The translations under genes and the position numbers were made by a program. The notes beneath the pieces were generated by a model. That model did not search any database and was not told where the DNA came from. It saw nothing but the letters and a program-made list of their open reading frames with translations. Shown here in pieces: positions 1-10,434 of a stretch of 64,000 bases of DNA. Origin of the DNA: an uncultured Clostridia bacterium (GTDB lineage Bacteria > Bacillota > Clostridia > TANB77 > CAG-508); assembly GCA_944392455.1 (NCBI GenBank), contig CALXWP010000007.1, forward strand, positions 43,559-107,558. Reading direction: 5' to 3'. The stretch's first letter is position 1, and each line of letters begins with the position of its first letter.

Positions 1-56
1 ACTATATAATATTAGGAGTTATTTTACACAAAATTATTTAAAAGAGGTATTACAAA

Positions 57-704
57 ATGAAATTAAATGATAAAACAAAAGATATTCTTGAATGGGTAGT
101 ATGCATATTAATTGCATTTATACTAGCATTATTAATTAGGTATTATATTGGCACACCAACAATTGTTGCTCAGCCTTCAATGAGACCAACATTAGAACCT
201 GGGCAAAGACTAATTTTAAATAGATGGGTTAGAACTACAAAAGAAATGCCAAATCGTGGAAATATAATTACTTTTGAGGCACCATCAGATGACTCATATA
301 TTTTTCCTGGTCAATATGATCCTGCTGATGTTGTTGCCAACTATTCTAATGAACCTACAGGATTTTTTAGTAAATTCGTATATAATGTTTTAGAAATAGG
401 TAAAGAAAGTTATATAAAAAGAGTTATTGGTGTTCCTGGAGATCATGTTCAAATTAAAGATGGTAAAGTATATATAAATGAACAAGAATTAGATGAACCA
501 TATCTAGATGATTCAGTAGTTACAAGTACTGATAATATGGCTTATTCAGATTTAGTTGTTCCTGATAATTGTGTATTTGTAATGGGAGATAATAGAGAAC
601 ATTCTACAGATAGTAGAGCTTTTGGTTGTATTCCTTTAGAAAAAATTGAAGGAAAAGTATGGATTAGATTTTGGCCATTTAATTTGTTTGGTCACGTAAA
701 TTAA
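57..704 (+). CDS. lepB: Signal peptidase I
   Basis: 215 aa. N-terminal TM segment, SPase I box motifs (PSMRPTL; GDNREHSTDSRAFG near the C-terminus). Confidence 0.85.
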   Translation: MKLNDKTKDILEWVVCILIAFILALLIRYYIGTPTIVAQPSMRPTLEPGQRLILNRWVRTTKEMPNRGNIITFEAPSDDSYIFPGQYDPADVVANYSNEPTGFFSKFVYNVLEIGKESYIKRVIGVPGDHVQIKDGKVYINEQELDEPYLDDSVVTSTDNMAYSDLVVPDNCVFVMGDNREHSTDSRAFGCIPLEKIEGKVWIRFWPFNLFGHVN

Positions 705-737
705 ATTTATAATTATTAATTTTAAAGAGGTGAAATT

Positions 738-1652
738 TTGAGTTTTGACAATATTTTAGGAAATGATAACATAAAAGAATTATTAAATAATTCTATAAAA
801 TCAAATAACATACTTCATAGTTATATGTTCATTGGAACAGATGGAATAGGAAAAAGCCTTTTTGCAAAAGAGTTTTCTAAAATGATTTTATGTCTTTATG
901 ATAATAAACCATGTAATAACTGTTCATCTTGTATAAAATTTAATTCGGACAATCATCCAGATTTTATGATCATTGATTCAGAAGATAATAAAAATATTAA
1001 AATTGGACAAATTAGATTTTTACAAGAACAAATTGCTGAAAAACCAATTGTTTCCTCTAGAAAAGTTTATATAATAAACAATAGTGATTTAATGACTGTT
1101 GAAGCTCAAAATTGTCTTTTAAAAACATTAGAAGAACCTCCAGAATATGCAACAATTATTTTAATATTATCTAATGAAAATAAACTTTTAAATACAATAA
1201 AGTCTAGATGTACTAAGATAAATTTTCAAAATATCTCAAATAGTGAATTAACTGAATTTGCAAATAAAAATAATATCTCTATTACTAATACTATTCTTAA
1301 TATATGTAATGGTAGTATTAATAAATTAATTTCTTTAAAAAATGATTCAGAAACATATTCTGCTTTAGATAATATCTTAAATAATTTTTCTAAAAAGGAT
1401 ATTGCTGACATATGGAATGATTCTGAAATTATGTATAAATCTAAAGATAATATTATAAATATTTTAGATTATTTTAATATATATTTTTTTAGTAAGCTAA
1501 AGACAAATAACGATATTAAGTATATAAATTCAATAAAAATAGTAGAACAAACAAAAAAAAGATTGTCTTCTAATGCAAATTATGATATGTGTATTGATAA
1601 TCTTTTACTAAAAATATGGGAGGAATTTAATGAAGGTAATAATAGGAGTTAA
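738..1652 (+). CDS. holB: DNA polymerase III delta-prime subunit
   Basis: 304 aa. AAA+ clamp-loader N-terminus (GTDGIGKSLFAKEF), Cys cluster CNNCSSC. Typical position upstream of yaaT. Confidence 0.8.
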   Translation: MSFDNILGNDNIKELLNNSIKSNNILHSYMFIGTDGIGKSLFAKEFSKMILCLYDNKPCNNCSSCIKFNSDNHPDFMIIDSEDNKNIKIGQIRFLQEQIAEKPIVSSRKVYIINNSDLMTVEAQNCLLKTLEEPPEYATIILILSNENKLLNTIKSRCTKINFQNISNSELTEFANKNNISITNTILNICNGSINKLISLKNDSETYSALDNILNNFSKKDIADIWNDSEIMYKSKDNIINILDYFNIYFFSKLKTNNDIKYINSIKIVEQTKKRLSSNANYDMCIDNLLLKIWEEFNEGNNRS

Positions 1653-2559
1653 ATTTAGAAAACCTGGTAAAGTATACTTTTTCGATCCAGGAAATTTACA
1701 TGTAAATATAAAAACAAAAGTTATTGTAGAAACTTCTTTAGGTGAAGAATTAGGAGAAGTTGTTGCTAAAAAGAAACTTTTACCAGATACTAAATTAAAT
1801 ACACCTTTAAAACCAATTATAAGAATTGCTAATAATAAAGATTTAAAACATTATGAAGAAAATAAGAAAAAAGAAAAAGAAGCTTTTAAAACATGTGAAT
1901 CCAAAATAAAAAAGCTTGGTTTAGATATGCATCTTACTGATGTTGAATATAGTTTTGATAATAGTAAATTACTATTCTATTTTACAGCAGATGGAAGAAT
2001 TGATTTTAGAGAATTAGTTAAAGAATTAGCTGCTATTTTTAAAACCAGAATAGAATTAAGACAAATTGGTGTAAGAGATGAAGTTAAAAGAATTGGCGGA
2101 AATGGTGTTTGTGGAAGAGAGTTATGTTGCTGCTCTTTCTTAAATAATTTTGAGGCAGTATCTATTAAAATGGCGAAAGAACAAAATATGTCTTTAAACC
2201 CATCTAAAATTTCAGGTTGTTGTGGAAGACTAATGTGTTGTTTAAAATATGAGCAAGAGGTATATGAAGATAAGTTAAGTCATCTGCCTAAAATAGGTGC
2301 AATAGTTAAAACAGATGAAGGTGAAGGCACAGTAGATTCAATTGAAACCTTAAAAGAAATTGTAAAAGTAAAATTTAAAGATGATAATAATGAAACATAT
2401 TATAAAAAATATAATGCAAGAGATCTAAAAATTATAAAAAATATTTCTACAGAAGAAGTTGTAGATGAAGAAGAAAAAGAAAATATGGAGGAATTGCAAA
2501 AATTGGAAGAACTAGAAAAACAAGATATAGCAACAGATAAAGATGAAGATATATTTTAA
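1630..2559 (+). CDS. yaaT: PSP1-domain protein RicT/YaaT (stage 0 sporulation / RNase Y-associated)
   Basis: Starts MKVIIGVKFRKPGKVYFFDPG. Conserved Cys clusters (GVCGRELCCCSFL, CCGRLMCC). Overlaps holB by 23 nt. Confidence 0.8.
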   Translation: MKVIIGVKFRKPGKVYFFDPGNLHVNIKTKVIVETSLGEELGEVVAKKKLLPDTKLNTPLKPIIRIANNKDLKHYEENKKKEKEAFKTCESKIKKLGLDMHLTDVEYSFDNSKLLFYFTADGRIDFRELVKELAAIFKTRIELRQIGVRDEVKRIGGNGVCGRELCCCSFLNNFEAVSIKMAKEQNMSLNPSKISGCCGRLMCCLKYEQEVYEDKLSHLPKIGAIVKTDEGEGTVDSIETLKEIVKVKFKDDNNETYYKKYNARDLKIIKNISTEEVVDEEEKENMEELQKLEELEKQDIATDKDEDIF

Positions 2560-2574
2560 GGAGGTGAAATAAAG

Positions 2575-2748
2575 ATGACATATAAAATTAGTGATAAATG
2601 TATTAGCTGTGGAGCTTGTGCAGGAGCTTGCCCTATGCAATGTATCTCTCAAGGTGATGAAAGATATGTAATAGATGAATCAGTATGTATTGGATGTGGA
2701 ACTTGTAGCAATGTTTGCCCAATGGGAGCTCCAGAACCAAATGAATAA
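2575..2748 (+). CDS. Small 2x[4Fe-4S] ferredoxin (57 aa)
   Basis: Below the ORF-track size cutoff. Translation MTYKISDKCISCGACAGACPMQCI...CIGCGTCSNVCPMGAPEPNE has two CxxCxxCxxxCP motifs. RBS aggaggtg 8 nt upstream. Confidence 0.75.
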   Translation: MTYKISDKCISCGACAGACPMQCISQGDERYVIDESVCIGCGTCSNVCPMGAPEPNE

Positions 2749-2770
2749 TACAATAATTTATGACATAGAA

Positions 2771-2810
2771 TAGTATAAAAAATACAGCAATATTTTTTAT
2801 ACTATTTTTT
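2771..2810 (+). terminator. Intrinsic terminator after the ferredoxin gene
   Basis: Perfect inverted repeat agtataaaaaata...tattttttatact, followed by a T-run. Confidence 0.45.
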
Positions 2811-3025
2811 GTTTCTGAATTTAATTATTATTTACTGTTATCTTTTACATTATTTTTTATATTATATATTTTTTATTAATTTTCTATCTTTTAATTAAAA
2901 CTGCTTAAATTAAATAGTATAAAATTCTTAAATATTTCTTAATTTTTTTCAATTTAAGTATTGCTATTTTTTTTATCTTATGTTATAAATATGTTATATT
3001 ATGTCGAAACAAGGAGGATGTATTT

Positions 3026-3301
3026 ATGGAAGAAAAGAAATCAAATGGATTAGCAGTAGCTTCTCTAGTATTAGGTATTGTTGCAATCGTATTTAGTTTC
3101 ATCGGACTTTCTATACCTTTTGGTTTAATCATTGGTATAGTTGGTATTATACTAGGTGTTATGGCTAAAAAGAAAAATCCATGTGGAATGGCAACAGCAG
3201 GTTTAGTACTTTCTATAATTGGTACAGTTTTATGTGCTATCGTATTTATAGCTTGTGCAGCTTGTATAGGAGCTATTGGAAGCGCAGCTTCATTAGCTTA
3301 A
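3026..3301 (+). CDS. Small integral membrane protein (DUF4190-like)
   Basis: 91 aa. Two to three hydrophobic helices rich in G/A/I, KKKNPCG loop. RBS aaggagg upstream. Confidence 0.5.
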   Translation: MEEKKSNGLAVASLVLGIVAIVFSFIGLSIPFGLIIGIVGIILGVMAKKKNPCGMATAGLVLSIIGTVLCAIVFIACAACIGAIGSAASLA

Positions 3302-3389
3302 TTAATTTAAATTTTTAATATATAAAATTATTTTATAAAGAAGGAAAACAATATCTTGTTTTCCTAATTTTTAATTAGGAGTTATTTTT

Positions 3390-4193
3390 ATGTTACCAAC
3401 ATTTAATATTTTTGGCTATGAAATCGCCTCATATGGTTTTATAATTTTTTTAGGAATAATTATTGGATCTGTTGTTTCAGTGCAATATTTTTCTAAATTT
3501 TATGATATAAAAAAAGAAGATATCATATATAGTATATTATATGGAATTATAGGTCTAGGAATAGGTGCTAAACTTTTATATATCTTAACTAATATACCTT
3601 TCCTAATAGAAAATTATGATAAATTAGATTTATGGGAGACATTACTTCAGATGTTTAAAGGTGGTTTTGTTTTTTACGGAGGATTAATTGGTGGAATTAT
3701 AGGTATTTTTATATATTCTAAACAATTTAAAATCTCTTTTAAAAATCTCTTATTAATATTAGTACCAGTTATCCCATTAGTACATAGTATAGGAAGAATT
3801 GGATGTTTATGTGCTGGTTGTTGTTATGGCATGGAATATCATGGTTTTGGTGCAATTATATTTCATAACTCAAATTTAGCACCAAACGGAATCCCATTAT
3901 TTCCAATGCAAATTGTTGAAGCCTTTTGTTTATTTATAATATTCATAATTCTTTTAGTTACTTATAAAAGATTTTTAGGCACATATAAAACTGTAGGATT
4001 ATATTGTATTTTATACAGCATTGTTAGATTTACACTAGAGTTCTTTAGAGGTGATTTAATTAGAGGTATATACTTTAGCTTATCTACTTCTCAATGGATT
4101 AGTATAGTAATATTTATTATAGGTATTGCAATATTTATATACGAGCATAAAAAAACAAAAGATAATGTTAAGAAAAAAGAATTTAAGAATTAA
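3390..4193 (+). CDS. lgt: Prolipoprotein diacylglyceryl transferase
   Basis: 267 aa polytopic membrane protein. Lgt-like blocks (FYGGLIGG, GRIGCLCAGCCYG in the position of the Lgt signature). Confidence 0.65.
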   Translation: MLPTFNIFGYEIASYGFIIFLGIIIGSVVSVQYFSKFYDIKKEDIIYSILYGIIGLGIGAKLLYILTNIPFLIENYDKLDLWETLLQMFKGGFVFYGGLIGGIIGIFIYSKQFKISFKNLLLILVPVIPLVHSIGRIGCLCAGCCYGMEYHGFGAIIFHNSNLAPNGIPLFPMQIVEAFCLFIIFIILLVTYKRFLGTYKTVGLYCILYSIVRFTLEFFRGDLIRGIYFSLSTSQWISIVIFIIGIAIFIYEHKKTKDNVKKKEFKN

Positions 4194-4204
4194 TAATGCT
4201 TTTA

Positions 4205-4262
4205 AAAATAAAAGAGGATATTCATTTTAACGTTTGAATATCTCTCTTTTATTTTTAAGTAA
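4205..4262. terminator. Bidirectional intrinsic terminator between lgt and porB
   Basis: Hairpin agaggatattca...tgaatatctctct flanked by A/T runs. Sits between convergent genes. Confidence 0.45.
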
Positions 4263-4297
4263 TTTAATTTTACTTGCTTTATTTGTATCTTTAATTA

Positions 4298-5251
4298 TTA
4301 TTCTTTATTACTCATTTCTTCTAATCTTAATAAGTCTTCCCATCTTCTATCAACTTCTTTTTGGAATTCTTCTATCATCCATTCATTTCCTGGTTTAAAC
4401 ATATGTCTAAAACGTTTTTGTGGTTTTAAGAATTCTTCTATAGGAAGTTTCTTAGCTGGTTTATATGTTATCTTATATTTACCATTTTCTATCTCATATA
4501 ATGGCCAATAGCATGTTTCTACAGCTAATTTATTAATAGTCATTAAATCTTCTGTTGGATATCCCCATCCTCTTGGGCATGGTGATAATACATTTAAAAA
4601 TGTTGGTCCTTCTGTATAAATTGCTTTTTCTGCTTTTTCATATAAATCTTTAAAATTCATATATGCTATTGTTTGAGCAACATATGGTAAATGATGAGCT
4701 TCCATAATTTCAGTTAAATCTTTTCTAGATTGCATTTTTCCAGGTATAACTGATCCTGCAGGACTTGTAGTTGTATCTGCAAATTTAGGTGTTGCTGATG
4801 AACGTTGAATACCTGTATTCATATATGCACCATTATCATAACATACATATGTCATGTCATGACCTCTTTCCATAGCTCCAGATAAACTTTGGATACCAAT
4901 ATCATAAGTTCCTCCATCTCCACCAAAAGCTATGAATTTTGTATGTTCATCATTTGGTAATTTTCCTTGTTTTTTCATTGATTTATATGCTGCTTCTGCT
5001 CCAGATAAAGTTGCTGCTGCACACTCAAATGCTGTATGAATATATGAATCTGTCCAAGCTGTATATGGATATATAAAACTTGAAACTTCCATACAACCTG
5101 TAGCATTAGCAATTACAGCATGATCTTCTGGTTTTAATGCTCTTAAAATCATTCTTGCTACTGGTGGAGCACCACATCCTGCACACATTCTATGTCCTGA
5201 AGTAAATCTTGATGGCTTTTGGGCCACTATTTCTTTCATATTATATGCCAT
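4298..5251 (-). CDS. porB: 2-oxoacid:ferredoxin oxidoreductase beta subunit (TPP-binding)
   Basis: 317 aa. TPP-binding GGDGGTYDIG motif, Cys ligands (CAGCG...TGCMEV). Confidence 0.85.
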   Translation of the reverse strand: MAYNMKEIVAQKPSRFTSGHRMCAGCGAPPVARMILRALKPEDHAVIANATGCMEVSSFIYPYTAWTDSYIHTAFECAAATLSGAEAAYKSMKKQGKLPNDEHTKFIAFGGDGGTYDIGIQSLSGAMERGHDMTYVCYDNGAYMNTGIQRSSATPKFADTTTSPAGSVIPGKMQSRKDLTEIMEAHHLPYVAQTIAYMNFKDLYEKAEKAIYTEGPTFLNVLSPCPRGWGYPTEDLMTINKLAVETCYWPLYEIENGKYKITYKPAKKLPIEEFLKPQKRFRHMFKPGNEWMIEEFQKEVDRRWEDLLRLEEMSNKE

Positions 5252-5258
5252 ATTCTTT

Positions 5259-6443
5259 TTACTCCTTTCTTAATCCTAAATATCTATATGGATTTTCTAT
5301 TTTATCTTTTTTACTATCTTCTATTAAATCATTAAATACTGATTCAATCTCTTTAGTAGTTGTATCTCTACCACCAATACCATATACATAGCTTGATGCT
5401 AGCACATTATCTTTGTTAATATACATTGCAGATGTAACATCTTCAAATAAAGCTCCTCCTGCACCATTTACAGAATCTGCTTTATCTAATATTGCAACAG
5501 CTTTTAAATGAGAAAGTGCTTTAGCTACTTCTTCTGCTGGGAATGGTCTAAATACACGAATTTTTAATAGACCTGCTTTTATTCCTTTTTCTCTTAAGTC
5601 ATCTACCACTTCTTTGGTTGTACCTGCAGTAGAGTTCATACATACTATTGCTATTTCTGCATCATCTAATTTATATTCTTCAAACAAACCATATTTTCTT
5701 CCTGTCATTTTTTCAAAATCTTTAGCTACATCTAATATAACTTGTTTTGCATTTCTCATAGCCTCAGCTTGCCCATATTTATGTTCAAATAAATATGTTT
5801 GAACATCTAAAGGTCCAATTGCAATTGGTTCTTTTTTATTTAATAAATAATGTTCTGGATGATATTCTCCAACAAATTCTTTTACTTTTTCATCTTCAAT
5901 TAATTCTATATTCTCTATAGAATGTGATGTTATAAATCCATCTTGGCAAACCATTAATGGAAGCATTACATTTTTATTTTCTGCTATTCTATGAGCCATA
6001 ATTAAATTATCATATGCTTCTTGGTTTGTTTCTGAAAATATTTGAATCCAACCACTATCACGAGCCCCCATTGCATCTGAATGATCATTGTGAATATTAA
6101 GTGGTCCTGATACTGCTCTATTTACTAAAGACATAACAATTGGAAGTCTTAAGCTTGATGCAATATATATCATTTCCCACATAAGTGATAATCCATTTGC
6201 AGATGTTGCTGTCATTGCTCTTGCTCCTGCAGCTTCTGCACCAATACAAGCACTCATTGCACTATGCTCACTTTCAACTGCAACAAATTCAGTATCTACT
6301 TGTCCATTATCCACAAATGTAGAAAAATATTGTGGAATCTCTGTTGATGGTGTTATAGGAAATGCTGCTACAACATCTGGATTTATTTGTTTCATAGCTG
6401 TTGCTGCTGCTTCATTTCCACTTAAACGTTCTCTTATACCCAT
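5259..6443 (-). CDS. porA: 2-oxoacid:ferredoxin oxidoreductase alpha subunit
   Basis: 394 aa. POR/KOR alpha-domain similarity. Located in the operon with the beta, delta and gamma subunits. Confidence 0.85.
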   Translation of the reverse strand: MGIRERLSGNEAAATAMKQINPDVVAAFPITPSTEIPQYFSTFVDNGQVDTEFVAVESEHSAMSACIGAEAAGARAMTATSANGLSLMWEMIYIASSLRLPIVMSLVNRAVSGPLNIHNDHSDAMGARDSGWIQIFSETNQEAYDNLIMAHRIAENKNVMLPLMVCQDGFITSHSIENIELIEDEKVKEFVGEYHPEHYLLNKKEPIAIGPLDVQTYLFEHKYGQAEAMRNAKQVILDVAKDFEKMTGRKYGLFEEYKLDDAEIAIVCMNSTAGTTKEVVDDLREKGIKAGLLKIRVFRPFPAEEVAKALSHLKAVAILDKADSVNGAGGALFEDVTSAMYINKDNVLASSYVYGIGGRDTTTKEIESVFNDLIEDSKKDKIENPYRYLGLRKE

Positions 6444-6445
6444 AT

Positions 6446-6775
6446 TTATTCCTCCTCACCTTCAGTTTTCATAACTATTGCACCAAATGGGCATACTTTT
6501 GCGCATACTCCACATCCTTTACAATAATCATAATTAAAATCTGTTCTCTTTTGATCTCCTCCTACTGGAATTGCGTCTTCTGGGCAAACAGGGAAACATA
6601 GACCGCATTGAATACATTTTTCCGGTATATATTCAGGTCTTACACTTCTCCAATCACCTGTTTTAAACTCTCTAGCATTTCCAGCTTCATATATATTTCC
6701 ACCAATTGTCATTTTGTCTGCTGGTGTATTTTTATCTATATTAGTCATTATTAGCTCCTTTCTATGCAAAAGCAT
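6446..6775 (-). CDS. porD: 2-oxoacid:ferredoxin oxidoreductase delta subunit (2x[4Fe-4S] ferredoxin)
   Basis: 109 aa. CIQCGLCFPVCP and CKGCGVCAKVCP motifs. Confidence 0.85.
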   Translation of the reverse strand: MLLHRKELIMTNIDKNTPADKMTIGGNIYEAGNAREFKTGDWRSVRPEYIPEKCIQCGLCFPVCPEDAIPVGGDQKRTDFNYDYCKGCGVCAKVCPFGAIVMKTEGEEE

Positions 6776-6777
6776 AA

Positions 6778-7359
6778 TTATTTAATTTCTTTTACCTCAT
6801 TTAAAGCCATCTCTATAGCTTTCATATTTCCTTCTATTACTTCTGGCTTTTTAGCAAATTTATGTTTAAATGATCCTTGCATATCTTTTATAAAATCTTC
6901 TTCATTCATTATTTTGCTTACTTTTACTATTGCTGCAAGCATAGGTGTATTTGGGAAATATTTTCCAAGTGTTTCCATAGATACTTTTCTTGCATCTATT
7001 GTATAAACTTTTCCTCTATATCCCTTTAATAATTTGTCTAATTGTTCTTTTCCTTTTGTTGTATTGATTACTATAGCTCCGTCTTCTTTAAGACCAGATG
7101 TTACATCAACACTTTCAAGTAATGTATCATCAACAACTACTACGTAATCTGGTTCATAGATATTACTATGAATTCTAATTGGTGAACTACTAATTCTGTT
7201 ATATGCTGTTATTGGAGCACCCATTCTTTCCGGACCATATTCAGGGAAACCTTGAATATATTTTCCAGTATTAAATGCTGCATCAGCTAATAACAATGAT
7301 GCTGTTTTTGCACCTTGCCCACCTCTACCATGCCATCTAATTTCAATCATATCACTCAT
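6778..7359 (-). CDS. porG: 2-oxoacid:ferredoxin oxidoreductase gamma subunit
   Basis: 193 aa. Characteristic IRWHGRGGQGAKTAS N-terminus. Confidence 0.85.
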   Translation of the reverse strand: MSDMIEIRWHGRGGQGAKTASLLLADAAFNTGKYIQGFPEYGPERMGAPITAYNRISSSPIRIHSNIYEPDYVVVVDDTLLESVDVTSGLKEDGAIVINTTKGKEQLDKLLKGYRGKVYTIDARKVSMETLGKYFPNTPMLAAIVKVSKIMNEEDFIKDMQGSFKHKFAKKPEVIEGNMKAIEMALNEVKEIK

Positions 7360-7485
7360 ATTAGTCTTAGCCTCCTTTATTTTGATACCTAAAGTATATA
7401 ACTTTATTGGGTCTTAAGTCAATATATTTTACCTAATCAGTCAGAACGTTTTTTCTTTATTTTTATGACATTTTTTTCATGTTCT

Positions 7486-8919
7486 TTATTTTTTTGCAGG
7501 TATTCTAATTACTACTTCAGTACCTTTACCTACAACACTTTTTATATTAATACTACCTTTATTTTGATTAAGTATTTCTTTTGCAATTGAAAGACCAAGT
7601 CCTGTTCCTCCAAGTTCTCTACTTCTAGCTTTATCAACTCTATAAAATCTATCAAAAATTCTTTCCAAATCTTCTTCTGGAATTCCAATACCATTATCAA
7701 TTACTTTAATATATGCATCATTGTATACAAACCCTACATATACTTTTATGACTCCATTATCAGGTGTATATTTTATAGCATTTGATAAAATATTTAATAC
7801 TACTCTTTCTATTCCATATTTGTCAGCCTCAATTGGTGGTACACTTGCTGTAACAAAGCATTCAACATTATGGTTTTTCTTTTCAATTTCAAATTTTAAT
7901 TTTTCTATACATTTCTTTACAAGATCACCTAGATCAAAAGTCGTAATATCTGATGTGATTTTTTTACTATCATATCTAGAAAGAGTAAGTAGATCTGTAA
8001 CAAGTCTTGCCATTCTTTTGGCTTCAGCAGAAATTACAGTTAAAAATTTAGTTCTTGTTTCTTCATCATATTCACCTTCTAAAAGAGTATCTGCATATCC
8101 CATTATTGATGTAATAGGTGTTTTTAATTCATGTGATACATCTGCCACAAATTCTTTTCTCATATTATCTAATTTTACATGTTCTGTTATATCTTGTATT
8201 AATGTCACAACTCCTGCTGGTCTATCATTTTCATCTTGAAATGGAGCAAAAAGAATATTGACATATTTTTCTCCTACATGTTTTCTTTGCTCAGATGAAG
8301 TCCAATTTTCCAAATAGATTACTTTCTCAATATTTATATTTATGTCTAATCTTCTAAATATCTTTTCAAAATCATCATCATTTTCTTTTAAACCTAATAA
8401 ATTCTTTGCAGCAGGATTAATATGAATTATCCCACCATCTACATCAAAAGCAATAATTCCATCAGTCATATGTAATAATATTGTTTCAATTTGCTTTTTT
8501 TGTCTATTAACTTCACTTAGTTTTTCTTTTAGCTCATTTGTCATTAAGCTAAATGCATTTTCCAAATCTCCTACTTCTCCAGCTTTTTGCCCATTATCAT
8601 TTATCTTTATATTTTCTCCCGAAGCCATTTTTTCAGCACTTTTAATTAACTTTTTCATAGGAAATACTAATGCTTTAGCAACAAAAAAACCTATTAAAAT
8701 GGAAATAATCGCATAGATAGCAAGTGAGATAATAATAGTTAATTTCATTTGTGATAGTTGAGTATTTATACTTTGTATAAGTTCAATATTAGCTTGTTCT
8801 GCTCCTATTTCTTCTAATTGATTTAACATATATATATAACTTGCTCCCAAGCCTAAAATCAGAAGTACTCCCAATAGAAAAAATATTATAACTATTTTTA
8901 AATTAATATTCTTTTTCAT
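7486..8919 (-). CDS. Sensor histidine kinase (TM-HAMP-PAS-HisKA-HATPase; WalK/PhoR-like)
   Basis: 477 aa. Two TM segments, H-box SHELKTPITSI, N/G boxes (NAIKYT, DNGIGIPEED, GGTGLGLSIAK). Confidence 0.85.
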   Translation of the reverse strand: MKKNINLKIVIIFFLLGVLLILGLGASYIYMLNQLEEIGAEQANIELIQSINTQLSQMKLTIIISLAIYAIISILIGFFVAKALVFPMKKLIKSAEKMASGENIKINDNGQKAGEVGDLENAFSLMTNELKEKLSEVNRQKKQIETILLHMTDGIIAFDVDGGIIHINPAAKNLLGLKENDDDFEKIFRRLDININIEKVIYLENWTSSEQRKHVGEKYVNILFAPFQDENDRPAGVVTLIQDITEHVKLDNMRKEFVADVSHELKTPITSIMGYADTLLEGEYDEETRTKFLTVISAEAKRMARLVTDLLTLSRYDSKKITSDITTFDLGDLVKKCIEKLKFEIEKKNHNVECFVTASVPPIEADKYGIERVVLNILSNAIKYTPDNGVIKVYVGFVYNDAYIKVIDNGIGIPEEDLERIFDRFYRVDKARSRELGGTGLGLSIAKEILNQNKGSINIKSVVGKGTEVVIRIPAKK

Positions 8920-8958
8920 TTTATAACTCCTATAAAAATGGTTAGCAATTATTAATTG

Positions 8959-9726
8959 CTAACCATTTTCTTCCCTTTCTTTTGATGATAAGTAATATCC
9001 TACACCTCTTTTAGTAATTAATAATTTAGGACTTGATGTATCTTGTTCTATTTTTTCTCTTATCCTTCTTATTGTTACATCAACTGTTCTAATATCTCCA
9101 TAATATTCATATCCCCAAACCTTTTCTAGCAAAGATTCTCTTGTTACTACTTGTCCTGGTTGATTTGCAAGATATCTTAGTACTTCAAATTCTCTTAAAG
9201 TGAGCTCTATTGGTTTGTTTCTTACTCTAACTTCAAATTTATCTAGATTAATATATAATTCTCCTATCTCAATAATTTTGTCATTATCATTTTTGTTTTC
9301 ATTACCTACATTATCTGTTATAACTTTACCACTATTTACTTCTGCTTTCCTTAAGTTTGCTTTTACCCTTGCAACTAGCTCTCTCACACTAAATGGTTTA
9401 GTTATATAGTCATCTGCACCAAGTTCTAATCCTAATATCTTATCTATTTCTTCGTCTTTTGCAGATATCATGATAATAGGTATATTTAATGAATTTCTTA
9501 TCCTTTTACACACAGTTAAGCCATCTACTTTTGGAAGCATAATATCTAATAGGATTAAATCTGGTTTTTTATCAAAAGCTATTTCTATTGCTTTTTCCCC
9601 ATCATTTGCTTCTATTGTGTTATATCCTTCTTTTTGTAAATTATATACCAAGATATCTACAATTGGTTTTTCATCATCAACTATTAATATTGTTTTTTTT
9701 GCTTCTTCAAATTTATTTTCTTCCAC
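8959..9726 (-). CDS. OmpR-family DNA-binding response regulator
   Basis: 255 aa. Receiver (DDEK...DLILLDIMLP...K) plus winged-helix C-terminus (LTLREFEVLRYL...RESLL). Unusually long linker. Confidence 0.85.
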   Translation of the reverse strand: MEENKFEEAKKTILIVDDEKPIVDILVYNLQKEGYNTIEANDGEKAIEIAFDKKPDLILLDIMLPKVDGLTVCKRIRNSLNIPIIMISAKDEEIDKILGLELGADDYITKPFSVRELVARVKANLRKAEVNSGKVITDNVGNENKNDNDKIIEIGELYINLDKFEVRVRNKPIELTLREFEVLRYLANQPGQVVTRESLLEKVWGYEYYGDIRTVDVTIRRIREKIEQDTSSPKLLITKRGVGYYLSSKEREENG

Positions 9727-9881
9727 AAAAAGTTCACCTTTCTTCTTTTTTAACTGATTATATTTATATCATATAAAATCTAATTATACAAGTATCCTAA
9801 TCCGTTTTTTTAATGTTTTTGTATTTTTATATCTATTTTTTCGCTTTTTTCAGAGTAATAAATCGAAAAAATCCTTCTAAT

Positions 9882-9910
9882 TTGACTTTATGTTAATTTC
9901 AAGTTATAAT
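9882..9910 (+). promoter_or_regulatory. Consensus sigma-A promoter for the higher-GC lipoprotein gene
   Basis: TTGACT, 17-nt spacer, TATAAT. Followed by RBS aaggagg (9925-9931) and ATG at 9941. Confidence 0.5.
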
Positions 9911-9940
9911 ATATATATCATCTTAAGGAGGTACATTTTT

Positions 9941-10402
9941 ATGAAAAAATGTCGGATTTATCGTATCATTACAACGATTCTGATGTTCACTCTGATGGCT
10001 TCAATGCTTGCTGGGTGTGCAAAAAAAGAACCCGAGGAACCTACTGAAGAGGAGGTGCGTATCGAAGAGTTGGAATACCAGGTCAATCAGTTAAAAGAGG
10101 AAAATGAGACTCTTACTTCCGATATGGAATATTACAAGAGCATGGTCAATTCCTCTGACACTGAATTCTTCCAGATTTTCTTCTGGCAGACTGGATCGCT
10201 TTATAGTGCTGGTGACATGCAGTTCTATTCAGACTGTTTCTGCTCTCAGCCAATTGACTCTCCAGTGTTTGTTTCCAACAAATCTATCGGAGTTGAGCTC
10301 GAAAATGGTTTTTATGTTTTCGCGGCTCTCTCAACAGAAGGGCTTGTTTGGTCTACTGACGGACCAAACTTAAATCCGATCGAAATCGAAGAAGAAAAGT
10401 AA
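9941..10402 (+). CDS. Lipoprotein of unknown function (compositionally atypical, higher GC)
   Basis: Track ORF 9890..10402. Preferred start MKKCRIYRIITTILMFTLMASMLAGC with lipobox LAGC. Coiled-coil segment, then a Cys/aromatic-rich domain. GC and codon usage (ctg, gcg, cgg, ccc) differ clearly from neighbours. Confidence 0.6.
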   Translation: MKKCRIYRIITTILMFTLMASMLAGCAKKEPEEPTEEEVRIEELEYQVNQLKEENETLTSDMEYYKSMVNSSDTEFFQIFFWQTGSLYSAGDMQFYSDCFCSQPIDSPVFVSNKSIGVELENGFYVFAALSTEGLVWSTDGPNLNPIEIEEEK

Positions 10403-10434
10403 TACCCCTGAATAGGAAGTTTTCTTTTCTCGAG

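Noticed and set aside
7721-8239. Plus-strand 172-aa ORF
   Set aside because: It lies inside the histidine-kinase gene on the opposite strand and has no independent support.
10104-10373. Alternative-frame ORF inside the lipoprotein gene
   Set aside because: It is the same strand in a different frame, has no RBS, and is nested in a better-supported CDS.
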